Assembly: GCA_963667845.2 (NCBI GenBank)
Contig: CAXXVL010000002.1
Coordinates: 1,504,001 to 1,568,000 of the forward strand
DNA length: 64,000 nucleotides
DNA from: Smithellaceae bacterium
GTDB taxonomy: Bacteria > Desulfobacterota > Syntrophia > Syntrophales > Smithellaceae
Reading direction: 5' to 3'
The translations under genes and the position numbers were made by a program. The notes under the pieces were generated by a model. That model was not told the origin of the DNA. It did no database searches and saw only the letters and a program-made list of their open reading frames with translations. Of this stretch, positions 40,462 through 49,679 are shown piece by piece (position 1 is the first letter of the stretch; every line of letters starts with the position of its first letter).

Positions 40462-41735
40462 GAAGAGTCGTGGTTACAGGAATGGGCGTTGCTGCCCCAA
40501 ACGCTCATGGTCTGGAAAATTTTGAACAGGCGCTGCGCGAAGGCCGTTCCGGGATACGCTTTCAGCAATTGTTGGCGGACCTGAAGTTTGGGTGCCAGAT
40601 CGCGGGGATTCCGGAAAATTTTGATGCGATCCGTAAGAGCTATTTCGATCACGAGAAACTGATGTCGATCAACGACAATATCGGTTATGCGTCGGTATCG
40701 GCGGTGGACGCTTGGACGGACGGGGGTTTCAAGATTCCCGACGGCGATGACGAAACAGTGGACTGGGACACGGGTGTGATTGCCGGTTCCGGCATCGGCG
40801 GCATGGATACCATTGCACAAAGTGTTGTGCCCATGATTAACGAGGGCCGCGTCCGACGCCTGGGTAGCCGAATTGTGGAGCAGGTGATGAACAGCGGCAC
40901 GAGCGCCCGCATCGGCGGGCTGATCGGCGCTGGGAATAAAGTGACGTCGAATTCATCGGCCTGCAGCACGGGGAACGAGGCTATTATCGACGCCCTTTGG
41001 AGAATAAGAGACGGTCTGGCCAAACGGATGATCGCGGGTGGATCGGAGGGCGCGACGCCCTATATCTGGGGCGGCTTTGACGCCATGCGCGTCATCTGTC
41101 GCAAATTTAACGATAATCCGGCCGCAGGTTCCCGGCCGCTGTCCGCCTCAGCCTGTGGATTCGTGCCCGGCTCCGGCGGTGCCATGCTGCTTCTGGAAGA
41201 CCTGGAAACCGCGCTTAACCGCGGGGCGAGAATTTATGCAGAGGTCGTGGGCGGAGCGGTGAACAGCGGAGGGCAGCGAATGGGCGGTTCCATGACGGCT
41301 CCCAATCCCGAGGGTGTGAGACGCTGCATCCGCGCAGCCGTGGCCGACGCGGGTATTGATCCGCATGAGGTGGATGCCATCAACGGGCATTTAACAGCAA
41401 CCTATGCCGATCCCATTGAAGTCAAAAACTGGGCCGCGGCTCTCGAGAGGACGCCGGAAAATTTTCCGTATATCAACTCGACAAAATCACTGATTGGCCA
41501 TTGCCTGGGCGCCGCCGGCGCAATTGAAAGCGTCGCGTCTGTGCTGCAGGTCTACCGGGGATTTGTGCATCCCTCGATCAACTGCGAGGACGTGCATCCG
41601 GATATTGCTCCCTATGCTTCGAAGATTCCGCAGAAATGCATCGAATTTCCCGAGTTAAAGTATCTGGCCAAAGCAGGTTTCGGTTTTGGGGATGTAAACA
41701 GCTGCATTATATTTAAGAAATGGGAAGAAAAATAA
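40458..41735 (+). CDS. fabF: Beta-ketoacyl-ACP synthase II
   Basis: RRVVVTGMG, Cys-His-His triad SSACST / INGHLT / GHCLGAAG, FGFG. Confidence 0.9.
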   Translation: MRRVVVTGMGVAAPNAHGLENFEQALREGRSGIRFQQLLADLKFGCQIAGIPENFDAIRKSYFDHEKLMSINDNIGYASVSAVDAWTDGGFKIPDGDDETVDWDTGVIAGSGIGGMDTIAQSVVPMINEGRVRRLGSRIVEQVMNSGTSARIGGLIGAGNKVTSNSSACSTGNEAIIDALWRIRDGLAKRMIAGGSEGATPYIWGGFDAMRVICRKFNDNPAAGSRPLSASACGFVPGSGGAMLLLEDLETALNRGARIYAEVVGGAVNSGGQRMGGSMTAPNPEGVRRCIRAAVADAGIDPHEVDAINGHLTATYADPIEVKNWAAALERTPENFPYINSTKSLIGHCLGAAGAIESVASVLQVYRGFVHPSINCEDVHPDIAPYASKIPQKCIEFPELKYLAKAGFGFGDVNSCIIFKKWEEK

Positions 41736-41759
41736 TAATATTAAAGGAGTTCAATAAAA

Positions 41760-42008
41760 ATGGATGAAAAGAAAATTTTTGAAGAAATGGTGAATATTCT
41801 CAAGGTGTATACCAAGGACGTAACCCTTCTGGAAAAGGCCACGCTGGATACGCATATCCTGAATGATTTAAAAGTCAACTCGGCACGCCTGGTGGATGTT
41901 ATTATCAAGTGTGAGGACGTATTCGGGATCAGCGTTGACGACGATGAGGCGGACAAGATTCGCACCATCGGCGATGCAGTGAAGATCATTAAATCAAAAC
42001 TCGGGTAA
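41760..42008 (+). CDS. Acyl carrier protein with atypical NS attachment motif
   Basis: 82 aa, acidic; DLKVNSARLVD where canonical ACPs have DLGADSLD; EDVFGI...TIGDA. Confidence 0.9.
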   Translation: MDEKKIFEEMVNILKVYTKDVTLLEKATLDTHILNDLKVNSARLVDVIIKCEDVFGISVDDDEADKIRTIGDAVKIIKSKLG

Positions 42009-42013
42009 AAGAA

Positions 42014-42838
42014 ATGGATGTACGATCCAAATTTTGGCTGCATTTGCAGAACTTTTTAGGGCGCCTGGCCATTACCTTTGTCGCACCGTTTTACTTTATC
42101 CTTGCGCATGCGTTCCATTACCGCATCAGGAACCTGCGGGAACTCCGCCGTCAGTGCGCGGCGGAATTCGCCAGGCATAAGGGACCCTGGTTGGTCTGTG
42201 CCAATCATTTAACCATGATTGATTCCTTTCTGCTGAGCTACGCGGCCTTCAGTTTCGGCAGGCACTTTACGCAGTATAAAAAGCTGCCGTGGAATCTGCC
42301 GGAAAGAAGAAATTTCCAAAGCAATATTTTTCTGGCGGTGCTATGTTATCTGTCCAAGTGCATTCCCGTTGATCGGGGTGGTTCCCGGGAGAAGATGAAG
42401 CAGGTGCTCGAGACCTGCATCTATCTCCTTCGCCACGGGCACTCCATCATGATTTTCCCGGAGGGAGGCAGATCGCGCACCGGCCGTGTGGATAAAGAAA
42501 ATTTTTCCTACGGTGTCGGCCGGTTTGTTCAGGATGCGGAAGACTGCAACGTCATGTGCATCTACCTGCGTGGTGATAAGCAGCATAAATACAGCCTGAT
42601 TCCCGCCTGGGGAGATACGTTTTACGCGCAGATGGAAGTACTTAAACCGGCGCCTGTGAACCAAGAGGGTCTGCGTGCGCAGCGGTTGTATGCAGCGCAG
42701 ATTATCGATCGGCTTGCCAAGATGGAGGAGACGTATTTTGCCTCATATCGGGAACGACGTCGTGGATTTGACCAGTCCGGCGAATGTGCAAAAAAGCACG
42801 GATTTGCGCTTTCTGAAGAAAATCCTCACCGATACTGA
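42014..42838 (+). CDS. Lysophospholipid acyltransferase (PlsC-like)
   Basis: NHLTMID (HxxxxD), IPVDRG, IFPEGGRS. Confidence 0.88.
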   Translation: MDVRSKFWLHLQNFLGRLAITFVAPFYFILAHAFHYRIRNLRELRRQCAAEFARHKGPWLVCANHLTMIDSFLLSYAAFSFGRHFTQYKKLPWNLPERRNFQSNIFLAVLCYLSKCIPVDRGGSREKMKQVLETCIYLLRHGHSIMIFPEGGRSRTGRVDKENFSYGVGRFVQDAEDCNVMCIYLRGDKQHKYSLIPAWGDTFYAQMEVLKPAPVNQEGLRAQRLYAAQIIDRLAKMEETYFASYRERRRGFDQSGECAKKHGFALSEENPHRY

Positions 42839-43427
42839 AATTGAGCGGGTCCGTTGCGCAAGCGAGCCCGAAGCGGCGCTCTGGTCTTTTTGGGCCTGCA
42901 AAGAAGCGGCTTATAAAGTTATGAAGAAACAGACCGGCGATGCGGCTTTTATGCCGCGCCGCTGGTCTGTTTGTTTCCGGTGCTCTCGGCCAAACCCTGA
43001 ACGAAACGGTCTCCATCCGGTCAAGGGACAAGCACAGAATCAAAATCTGACGGCAAGCACTGCCGGTTATGTCGCTTCTTCGGAGAGAGACGACATCCCT
43101 TTCTTGCTCCTTTCCTCTCCATCCTATGTTCATGGCCTCGCCGCCGATCAGATCGATTCTCTCGAGAAGGTCATCTGGCGCGTCGCCGTGTTGCCCGATG
43201 GACGGGACGAGAGAGGCGCAGATCCATCCGCGTATGTCCGTTCATGTCTTACGGATGCACTGTCCGGGTTCCTTCAGGCTGAGCAGGCGCGAGTCAAAAT
43301 ATTCCGGGCTCCCCGCGAGCGCGGCGAGCTTGAACCGCCGGCGGTTTATCTTGATGGCATCAAAACGCAAATAGACATCAGCATGAGCCATGACGGACGA
43401 TTTGTTGCCTACGCTTTTCTGACGTGA
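42738..43427 (+). CDS. 4'-phosphopantetheinyl transferase
   Basis: IGNDVVD, WACKEAAYK, ISMSHD; GGAGGAG RBS before TTG 42738; overlaps plsC by about 100 nt. Confidence 0.85.
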   Translation: MPHIGNDVVDLTSPANVQKSTDLRFLKKILTDTEIERVRCASEPEAALWSFWACKEAAYKVMKKQTGDAAFMPRRWSVCFRCSRPNPERNGLHPVKGQAQNQNLTASTAGYVASSERDDIPFLLLSSPSYVHGLAADQIDSLEKVIWRVAVLPDGRDERGADPSAYVRSCLTDALSGFLQAEQARVKIFRAPRERGELEPPAVYLDGIKTQIDISMSHDGRFVAYAFLT

Positions 43428-43543
43428 CGAGCCGGCGGTTTTCTTCGCGGAAACCTCCGATATTGTGTTGTAAGGTTATTTTTCTTGTGCTAAGCAAAAC
43501 TTCACTGCAAGCATGATTAATTGATCGTAAAAGAGGAGGGGAC

Positions 43544-44311
43544 ATGAATTACGGGGAAGTTGTTGCCCTGGTGACCGGCGGAGCATCGGGGTTGGGAGCT
43601 GCTACGGTGCAGGAGTTAGCCGCGCGGGGAGCTAAAGTCATCATCGCCGATCTTGATGCGGTGAAGGGTGAATCTCTGGCCGCCGAAACTCCGGAGCGCG
43701 TCGTTTTCGTTCCGGTGGATGTGACCAATGAGGCGGATGTTCGCCTCGCGATAAAAGAAGCGGTTGACCGGTTTGGTCGAATCAGCGTTGCGGTGAATTG
43801 CGCCGGCGTTCCGGACGCGGGCAAAATATTGGGCCGGAAAGGTCCTCTGCCGCTGGCCTCATTCAACAAAGTGATTCAGATCAATCTGGTCGGAACCTTG
43901 AACGTGATTCGTCTGGCTGTCGAACAGATGGTTAATAACACTCCCAACGCTGAAGGCGAAAAAGGGGTCATCATAAATACCGCGTCCATTGCAGCATTTG
44001 ACGGTCAGGTCGGTCAAGCGGCTTACGCGGCTTCCAAGGGGGGAATCGTGGGGATGACGCTGCCGATTGCGCGGGAATGCGCCGATTACGGCATTCGGGT
44101 CGCGACGATTGCCCCGGGACTATTTGAAACGCCGCTCATGTCCGGTATGCCGCCGGCGGTCAAAGAGAGCATGGCCCAGGGAGTTCCATTCCCGAAGCGG
44201 TTGGGAAGGCCCATGGAATATGCCCGGCTGGTCCTGCACATTATCGAAAATCCGATGCTCAACGGCTGCTGTATTCGTTTGGACGGTGCGCTCAGAATGC
44301 CGCCCAAGTGA
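43544..44311 (+). CDS. 3-hydroxyacyl-CoA dehydrogenase, HSD10-like SDR
   Basis: [43 protein letters not shown]. Confidence 0.92.
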   Translation: MNYGEVVALVTGGASGLGAATVQELAARGAKVIIADLDAVKGESLAAETPERVVFVPVDVTNEADVRLAIKEAVDRFGRISVAVNCAGVPDAGKILGRKGPLPLASFNKVIQINLVGTLNVIRLAVEQMVNNTPNAEGEKGVIINTASIAAFDGQVGQAAYAASKGGIVGMTLPIARECADYGIRVATIAPGLFETPLMSGMPPAVKESMAQGVPFPKRLGRPMEYARLVLHIIENPMLNGCCIRLDGALRMPPK

Positions 44312-44437
44312 CGAAAGACTTTTGGTGATCTCATGTCTCACGGATGATGATCCGGGGGAATTGATCAAAAAAGCGTTGTGAATGCATGTCGTCTGCTTAT
44401 CGATTCGAACGAATGATAACGGGTACTTTTTGAATCT

Positions 44438-45400
44438 ATGAAGCCGTCCCCGACTGGAAATATTTCGCAGGGTATTGAATCAATTATATTTCATCAAGTC
44501 TTTGACATGGTGGACATCGGTCTCGTTATCCTCGACCATGATCTGCGCGTCAGTTACTGGAACCGTTGGATGCATCTTCACAGCCATATCGAGCCCGAAA
44601 AAATCATCGGATCGTTTGTGTGCGATGTTTTCCCCAACTTAAAGCGGCCGCGGTTTTTAAATAACTGCAAAGCCGTTTTCACTTTCGGAAATTTTTGTTT
44701 TTTTTCTCAAAAGCTTCACCATTACTTATTCCCGCTTAAACCGATCAGTTCTTTTGATTCTGATTTCAAATATATGCAGCAAAACTGCACGATCGGACCG
44801 TTGCGTAATGAAAATAATGATATTACCCATCTCTTTATTGCCGTTCACGATGTGACGGAAACCGTCGGCTTCGAGCAGAAGCTGATGGAACTCAACATGA
44901 TGGATGCATTGACCGGCGTGAATAACCGCCGGAGCCTCGAATTGCACTTGAAGGACGAGGTAGACCGCCATAAACGACACGGTCGTCCTTTGAGCCTGAT
45001 CATGTTCGACATTGATCATTTTAAACACGTCAATGACACGTATGGTCATCAGTGCGGCGACTCCATCCTTCAGGCGATCGCCGAACTGATTAGCACTTCC
45101 ATCCGCAGCGAAGACATTCTGGCACGCTATGGCGGTGAAGAATTCTGCTGTATATTGCCGGAAACTCCGCTTTCCGTGGCGGTTGTCCTCGCTGAACGGT
45201 TCCGGGAGGCAATTGCCGGCCACGTATTTTCGTTTCAGGATCATCGTATCCGTCTCACGATCAGTCTGGGAGTATCGGCGATGGGAATAAATACGGCAAC
45301 GGCGGATGCACTTTTGAAAAACGCCGATGAAGGCCTGTATGCGGCGAAAAACAGGGGACGCAACCAGCTTGAAGTTGTTCGTTCGGCGAAAGACGATTGA
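44438..45400 (+). CDS. PAS-GGDEF diguanylate cyclase
   Basis: DALTG, DIDHFKHVND, RSED I-site, RYGGEEF. Confidence 0.92.
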   Translation: MKPSPTGNISQGIESIIFHQVFDMVDIGLVILDHDLRVSYWNRWMHLHSHIEPEKIIGSFVCDVFPNLKRPRFLNNCKAVFTFGNFCFFSQKLHHYLFPLKPISSFDSDFKYMQQNCTIGPLRNENNDITHLFIAVHDVTETVGFEQKLMELNMMDALTGVNNRRSLELHLKDEVDRHKRHGRPLSLIMFDIDHFKHVNDTYGHQCGDSILQAIAELISTSIRSEDILARYGGEEFCCILPETPLSVAVVLAERFREAIAGHVFSFQDHRIRLTISLGVSAMGINTATADALLKNADEGLYAAKNRGRNQLEVVRSAKDD

Positions 45401-45471
45401 AGCGCCATTTTTGATATGTGAGCGTTTACGGCAGGACATGAAACATTATCTCCCCGGGTGCGAGGTCGGTC

Positions 45472-45852
45472 ATGATTAGAAAAATATTGATTGTTGACGA
45501 TTCGCCTGTTTCCATCAAAATTATCAAGAGCTGCCTCCCCAGGGATCGCACCTATGAATTGTACGATGCGGCAGACGGCAAGATCGGGGTGGAGTTGTTC
45601 AAACGAATCAAACCGGATCTGACGTTTATGGACTTGACCATGCCGGTGATGAACGGCTTCGAAGCCTTGCAGGAAATCATGAAACTGGATTCCCGGGCGA
45701 TGGTCGTGATTGCCACTGCCGATGTTCAGATTAAGGCCATTGCCCGAGCCCATGACCTCGGTGCTTTTTCCGTTGTGAGAAAACCGCCGACAAAAGAAAA
45801 TATCGCCGCTGCGATTTCAGAAGTTGAAAAAGCGCTCATGGCGCGGGGATAA
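45472..45852 (+). CDS. CheY-like single-domain response regulator
   Basis: IVDDS, FMDLTMP, ATAD, RKP. Confidence 0.92.
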   Translation: MIRKILIVDDSPVSIKIIKSCLPRDRTYELYDAADGKIGVELFKRIKPDLTFMDLTMPVMNGFEALQEIMKLDSRAMVVIATADVQIKAIARAHDLGAFSVVRKPPTKENIAAAISEVEKALMARG

Positions 45853-45855
45853 TTT

Positions 45856-46506
45856 ATGAGTTCAAACATTCAAGACGCCATGATCACCGCGGAAGAAACC
45901 GATATCCTGCAGGAAATCATGAATATCGCGTTCGGTCGCGCCGCTTCCGATCTCGCCGAATACATCGATATTTTGGTTATCCTCAGCGTTCCGTTCGTCA
46001 AGCTGCTGAGGTCATCGGACCTCCCGCCTTATATCAGCGCCGAAATTAGAGCCTATGACAAGGTTTCTCTGGTTGAACAGAACTTTTGGGGGAAGTTTAA
46101 AGGCAGCGCGTTCCTGGTTTTTCCGGCGGACAGCGGCAAAAAAATTCTGTCCCTTCTCGACGGGGGGGCGGAGCAATACTTTGAATCGGACCCCATCAAT
46201 GAACTGGAAAAAGAGACATTCCGCGAAGTCGGTAATATCCTGATCGGCGCCTGCATCGGAAAGATTGCCGAACTGCTGGGGGATGTCATCACATATTCTC
46301 CACCCCGGGTGGTTGTGGAAAGAAGCCAGCGGGGAATCATATCAGACCGTCTCTTCGTCCCGGATAATCTGGCGATTGTGCTGAGAACCGTCTTTGAATT
46401 TAATGAGCAGAATATCAGCGGCTACCTTTTTATTATAACCAGTGACGAATCTTTTGCCTGGCTCAAGACGGCGTTGCATAATTTTCTGGAACAGTATGAA
46501 TGTTGA
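45856..46506 (+). CDS. CheC-like phosphatase
   Basis: Two E-x-x-N motifs (QEIMNI, REVGNI), LSVP, YSPP. Confidence 0.85.
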   Translation: MSSNIQDAMITAEETDILQEIMNIAFGRAASDLAEYIDILVILSVPFVKLLRSSDLPPYISAEIRAYDKVSLVEQNFWGKFKGSAFLVFPADSGKKILSLLDGGAEQYFESDPINELEKETFREVGNILIGACIGKIAELLGDVITYSPPRVVVERSQRGIISDRLFVPDNLAIVLRTVFEFNEQNISGYLFIITSDESFAWLKTALHNFLEQYEC

Positions 46507-46556
46507 TCCTTTTGTTTTCTGCAGGCCGGTTCCGATAGCGGCGTCCGGTGTCCTGT

Positions 46557-47300
46557 TTATTCACTGATTTCTTTTCTCAATTTAATCGGTTTGATCTGTT
46601 TTTTACGCATGCGAAGATTGAGCATCTCGACGGCCACGGAAAAAGCCATCGCAAAGTAGATATAGCCTTTCGGCACGTGGACATCGAAACCCTCCACGAT
46701 GAGCGTGACACCCACCAGAATGAGAAAGGACAAGGCCAGGATTTTGATGGTCGGGTGTGCATCCACGAAATTGGCAATCGGTTTCGCGGCAATCAGCATG
46801 ATGCCGACGGCAACGATAATTGCAATCGCCATGATCGAGATGTGCTGGGCCAGTCCGACGGCTGTGATGACGGAATCCAGAGAAAAAACAATATCGAGGA
46901 TGGCAATCTGAATCAGCACCGGCGCCATTTGCACCGTTTTGAGTTTTGGTCTTTCCTCTTCCAGACCCTCCAGGCTGCCGTGAATTTCATGGGTTGCTTT
47001 GGCGAGCAGGAACAACCCTCCACCGATGAGGATGATGTCGCGTCCCGAAATGCCCTGTCCGAAGATAGAGAACCAGGGCTCAGTCAAATTGGCCACCCAG
47101 ACAATGGAAAAAAGCAGCGCGAGGCGGGTCAGCATCGCCAGCATTAATCCCAGATTACGGGCCAGATTTCTTTTGCGGGCGGGCAGTCGCCCGACCAGAA
47201 TGGAAATAAAGATGATATTGTCAATACCGAGGACAATCTCCAGAGCGGTCAGGGTTCCGAGGGCAATCCAAGCCTCGGGACTGGCAAACCAGGCAAACAT
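46557..47300 (-). CDS. TerC-family membrane protein
   Basis: LEIVLGIDNIIFI, DIVFSLDSVITAVG, KGYIYFAM. Confidence 0.93.
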   Translation of the reverse strand: MFAWFASPEAWIALGTLTALEIVLGIDNIIFISILVGRLPARKRNLARNLGLMLAMLTRLALLFSIVWVANLTEPWFSIFGQGISGRDIILIGGGLFLLAKATHEIHGSLEGLEEERPKLKTVQMAPVLIQIAILDIVFSLDSVITAVGLAQHISIMAIAIIVAVGIMLIAAKPIANFVDAHPTIKILALSFLILVGVTLIVEGFDVHVPKGYIYFAMAFSVAVEMLNLRMRKKQIKPIKLRKEISE

Positions 47301-47517
47301 AGTCTCTCTCCATGCGTTCAATTAAATTGAAAAAACCAGCAGGATGAAAACTTTGTCCGCTGGTTATGCTTAATACCAACACTAAAGAAACGATAGCTTA
47401 GTTTAATTCCGTTTTCAAATTAAAGATGTTGTCAGACGGCAGGCGGAATATCGGTCAAGGGAATGGTCTTGCCGCAGATCGATGATTTATACCGCTTCCT
47501 GCGAATGCGGTTTGAAG

Positions 47518-48114
47518 CTAATATTCGATACCTGCCCGGTCCTTGATGCCGGCTGCATAGTGGTGTTTAATTTCCTTGACTTCACTTACTGTGTCGGCAA
47601 GTTTGATGACGGCTTTCGCCGCGTAGCGGCCGGTCAGAATCAGGTCCAGTGCCGGCGGTTTGTGGGTAATCAAGGCAATCAGGTCTTCGAGAGGGATCAA
47701 TTTAAAATCCACGGCAACGTTGATTTCATCAAGGATCACCATGTCATATTTTCCCGAGCCGACGGCTTTTTTCGCCAAATCGAACCCCTGTTGGGCGAGC
47801 TCGATATCGATCGGTGCGGGACGGTCGCGCATGACAAAGCTGTCCAGGCCCGTGCGGATAATCGTCAGTCGCGGCAGGTATTTTTCTGCGGCAACAAACT
47901 CGCCATAGTTGCGACCTTTCATAAACTGGACGATAAAGACTTTTAGGCCCTGGCCGACGGCGCGCAAGGCCTGACCGAAAGCAGAGGTCGTCTTGCCCTT
48001 GCCGTTTCCGGTAATCACAATGACCAGCCCGCGATGAGGCGGTTGTGGAACGGCAGATGGTTTCCCGGCAGCGACCGGCTTCCTTCCTGCTTTTTGGCGA
48101 ACTGCTTTTGTCAT
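47518..48114 (-). CDS. Cob(I)alamin adenosyltransferase (CobA/BtuR/CobO type)
   Basis: TGNGKGKTT, VQFMKG, VILDEI, LTGR, GIEY; ATG 48114 overlaps the meaB stop. Confidence 0.92.
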   Translation of the reverse strand: MTKAVRQKAGRKPVAAGKPSAVPQPPHRGLVIVITGNGKGKTTSAFGQALRAVGQGLKVFIVQFMKGRNYGEFVAAEKYLPRLTIIRTGLDSFVMRDRPAPIDIELAQQGFDLAKKAVGSGKYDMVILDEINVAVDFKLIPLEDLIALITHKPPALDLILTGRYAAKAVIKLADTVSEVKEIKHHYAAGIKDRAGIEY

Positions 48115-49082
48115 GGTATTTCTCCCGGTTTCAGAAAGCGATGCGCGATGGCTTCCGCTTCCGTATAAGGATCCACATCCCGATTTCTTACTCTTTGGGC
48201 GAGACTTTTCAATTCGCCGCTTTTGATCAGGCGATCCAGAACGGGTTCCAGGATACAGGACCGCAGCGCGTCTGTTATTTCCATCAGGGCTTTTCGTTCC
48301 ATGCGTTCGGATAGTTGTCCGCTGATGACAAGATGCGCATAGTGATCGGATACTTTTTGCGCAAGCTGGGCCGTTTTTTCGGCAAAGTCCGCCGGTTCGT
48401 ACAGATTGCCGATGCTCACGATGGGCGGCTGCCATGATCCCTTTGACTTTCGCGAGGCGGCCAGCAGCGCGGCAAGCTCGGTCTGGAGTTGCTTCGCGCC
48501 GGGGCGGTCGGCCTTGTTAACGGCGAACACATCGGCAATTTCCATGATGCCGGCCTTCATGGTTTGAATTTCATCGCCCATCCCGGGAACCAGCACGACG
48601 ATGACACTGTGTGCATGGTTGATGATGTCGAGTTCCTGCTGACCGATGCCGACCGTTTCCACAATGACCACATCCTTGCCCATGGCTTCCATGACGTGGA
48701 TGGCGTCGCCCGCGGCTTGCGAGAGCCCGCCGAGGGCGCCCCGCGTGGCCAGCGACCGGATGAACACTCCGTCATCTTCCGCGTGGCGAAGCATGCGGAC
48801 GCGGTCGCCCAGGATGGCCCCGCCGGTGAAAGGGCTTGTCGGATCGACGGCCAGAACGCCCACGGTTTTTTGATGTTTGCGGAATTCGCCGATCAGCGCG
48901 TCCGTGAGCGTGCTCTTACCCGCGCCGGGTGCGCCGGTGATGCCGATGATAAACGATTTGCCCGTGTGCCGGAACAGCTGTTGGAGTCTGGGTCGCGCCT
49001 CGGGCAGTTTGTCTTCCAGATCGCGGATCAGACGCGAAGCGGTGCGGACATCGCCTGCGCATATTTTATCCGTAATATCCAT
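48111..49082 (-). CDS. meaB: MeaB/ArgK G-protein chaperone of acyl-CoA mutases
   Basis: GAPGAGKST, AVDPTSPFTGGAILGDRVRM, VETVG, NKAD. Confidence 0.95.
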   Translation of the reverse strand: MDITDKICAGDVRTASRLIRDLEDKLPEARPRLQQLFRHTGKSFIIGITGAPGAGKSTLTDALIGEFRKHQKTVGVLAVDPTSPFTGGAILGDRVRMLRHAEDDGVFIRSLATRGALGGLSQAAGDAIHVMEAMGKDVVIVETVGIGQQELDIINHAHSVIVVLVPGMGDEIQTMKAGIMEIADVFAVNKADRPGAKQLQTELAALLAASRKSKGSWQPPIVSIGNLYEPADFAEKTAQLAQKVSDHYAHLVISGQLSERMERKALMEITDALRSCILEPVLDRLIKSGELKSLAQRVRNRDVDPYTEAEAIAHRFLKPGEIP

Positions 49083-49090
49083 GATAGCGA

Positions 49091-49495
49091 TCAGTCTCTG
49101 TTTTGAATGTTGGTGCGAATCCAGTCCACAATCGAATCGAGCGAGGCGCCCGGCGTAAAGATGGCTTTAATGCCCGCGTCATACAGCATGGGGAAATCCT
49201 GATCGGGGATAATGCCGCCGCCGATCACGGTAATATCCGCCGCGTTCTTTTCTTTAAGCAATTCTACCACACGCGGAAACAAAATACGATGCGCTCCCGA
49301 CAGGCAGCTCAATCCCACAAGGTCAACGTCTTCCTGAATGGCTGCGGAGGCGACCTGCTCCGGTGTTTGATGGCAGCCGGTGTAAATCACTTCAAATCCT
49401 GCGTCGCGAAAACAGCGGGCCAGGATGCGCGCACCCCGGTCGTGGCCGTCCAGACCGGGTTTAGCCACCATTACTCGAATTTTTCTTGCTGACAT
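49091..49495 (-). CDS. B12-binding small subunit of an acyl-CoA mutase
   Basis: [10 protein letters not shown] (DxHxxG), LSCLSG, GGGIIP. Confidence 0.95.
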   Translation of the reverse strand: MSARKIRVMVAKPGLDGHDRGARILARCFRDAGFEVIYTGCHQTPEQVASAAIQEDVDLVGLSCLSGAHRILFPRVVELLKEKNAADITVIGGGIIPDQDFPMLYDAGIKAIFTPGASLDSIVDWIRTNIQNRD

Positions 49496-49679
49496 AATCT
49501 CTCCTTACAATACTTCTAATGCCGAATCGCATTTATCACGATGCCGCGGCGGCAAGAAGGAGGCGCCGGAGGCTTATTTCTAAAGTAACTGCCGAGCTCC
49601 CGTTTGGGTCTCAGGTTATATGCTGAGGACGCCCGTGACGCAGCCAACAGAGGCAGCCTTATCCAGGCAGCCTGGTTTC

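Noticed and set aside
47301..47517. yybP-ykoY riboswitch upstream of terC
   Set aside because: The characteristic GGGGAGUA motif was not found on the minus strand.
48115..48435. N-terminal extension of the 305-aa adenosyltransferase ORF
   Set aside because: Lies inside meaB; ATG 48114 gives an ATGA overlap and normal length.
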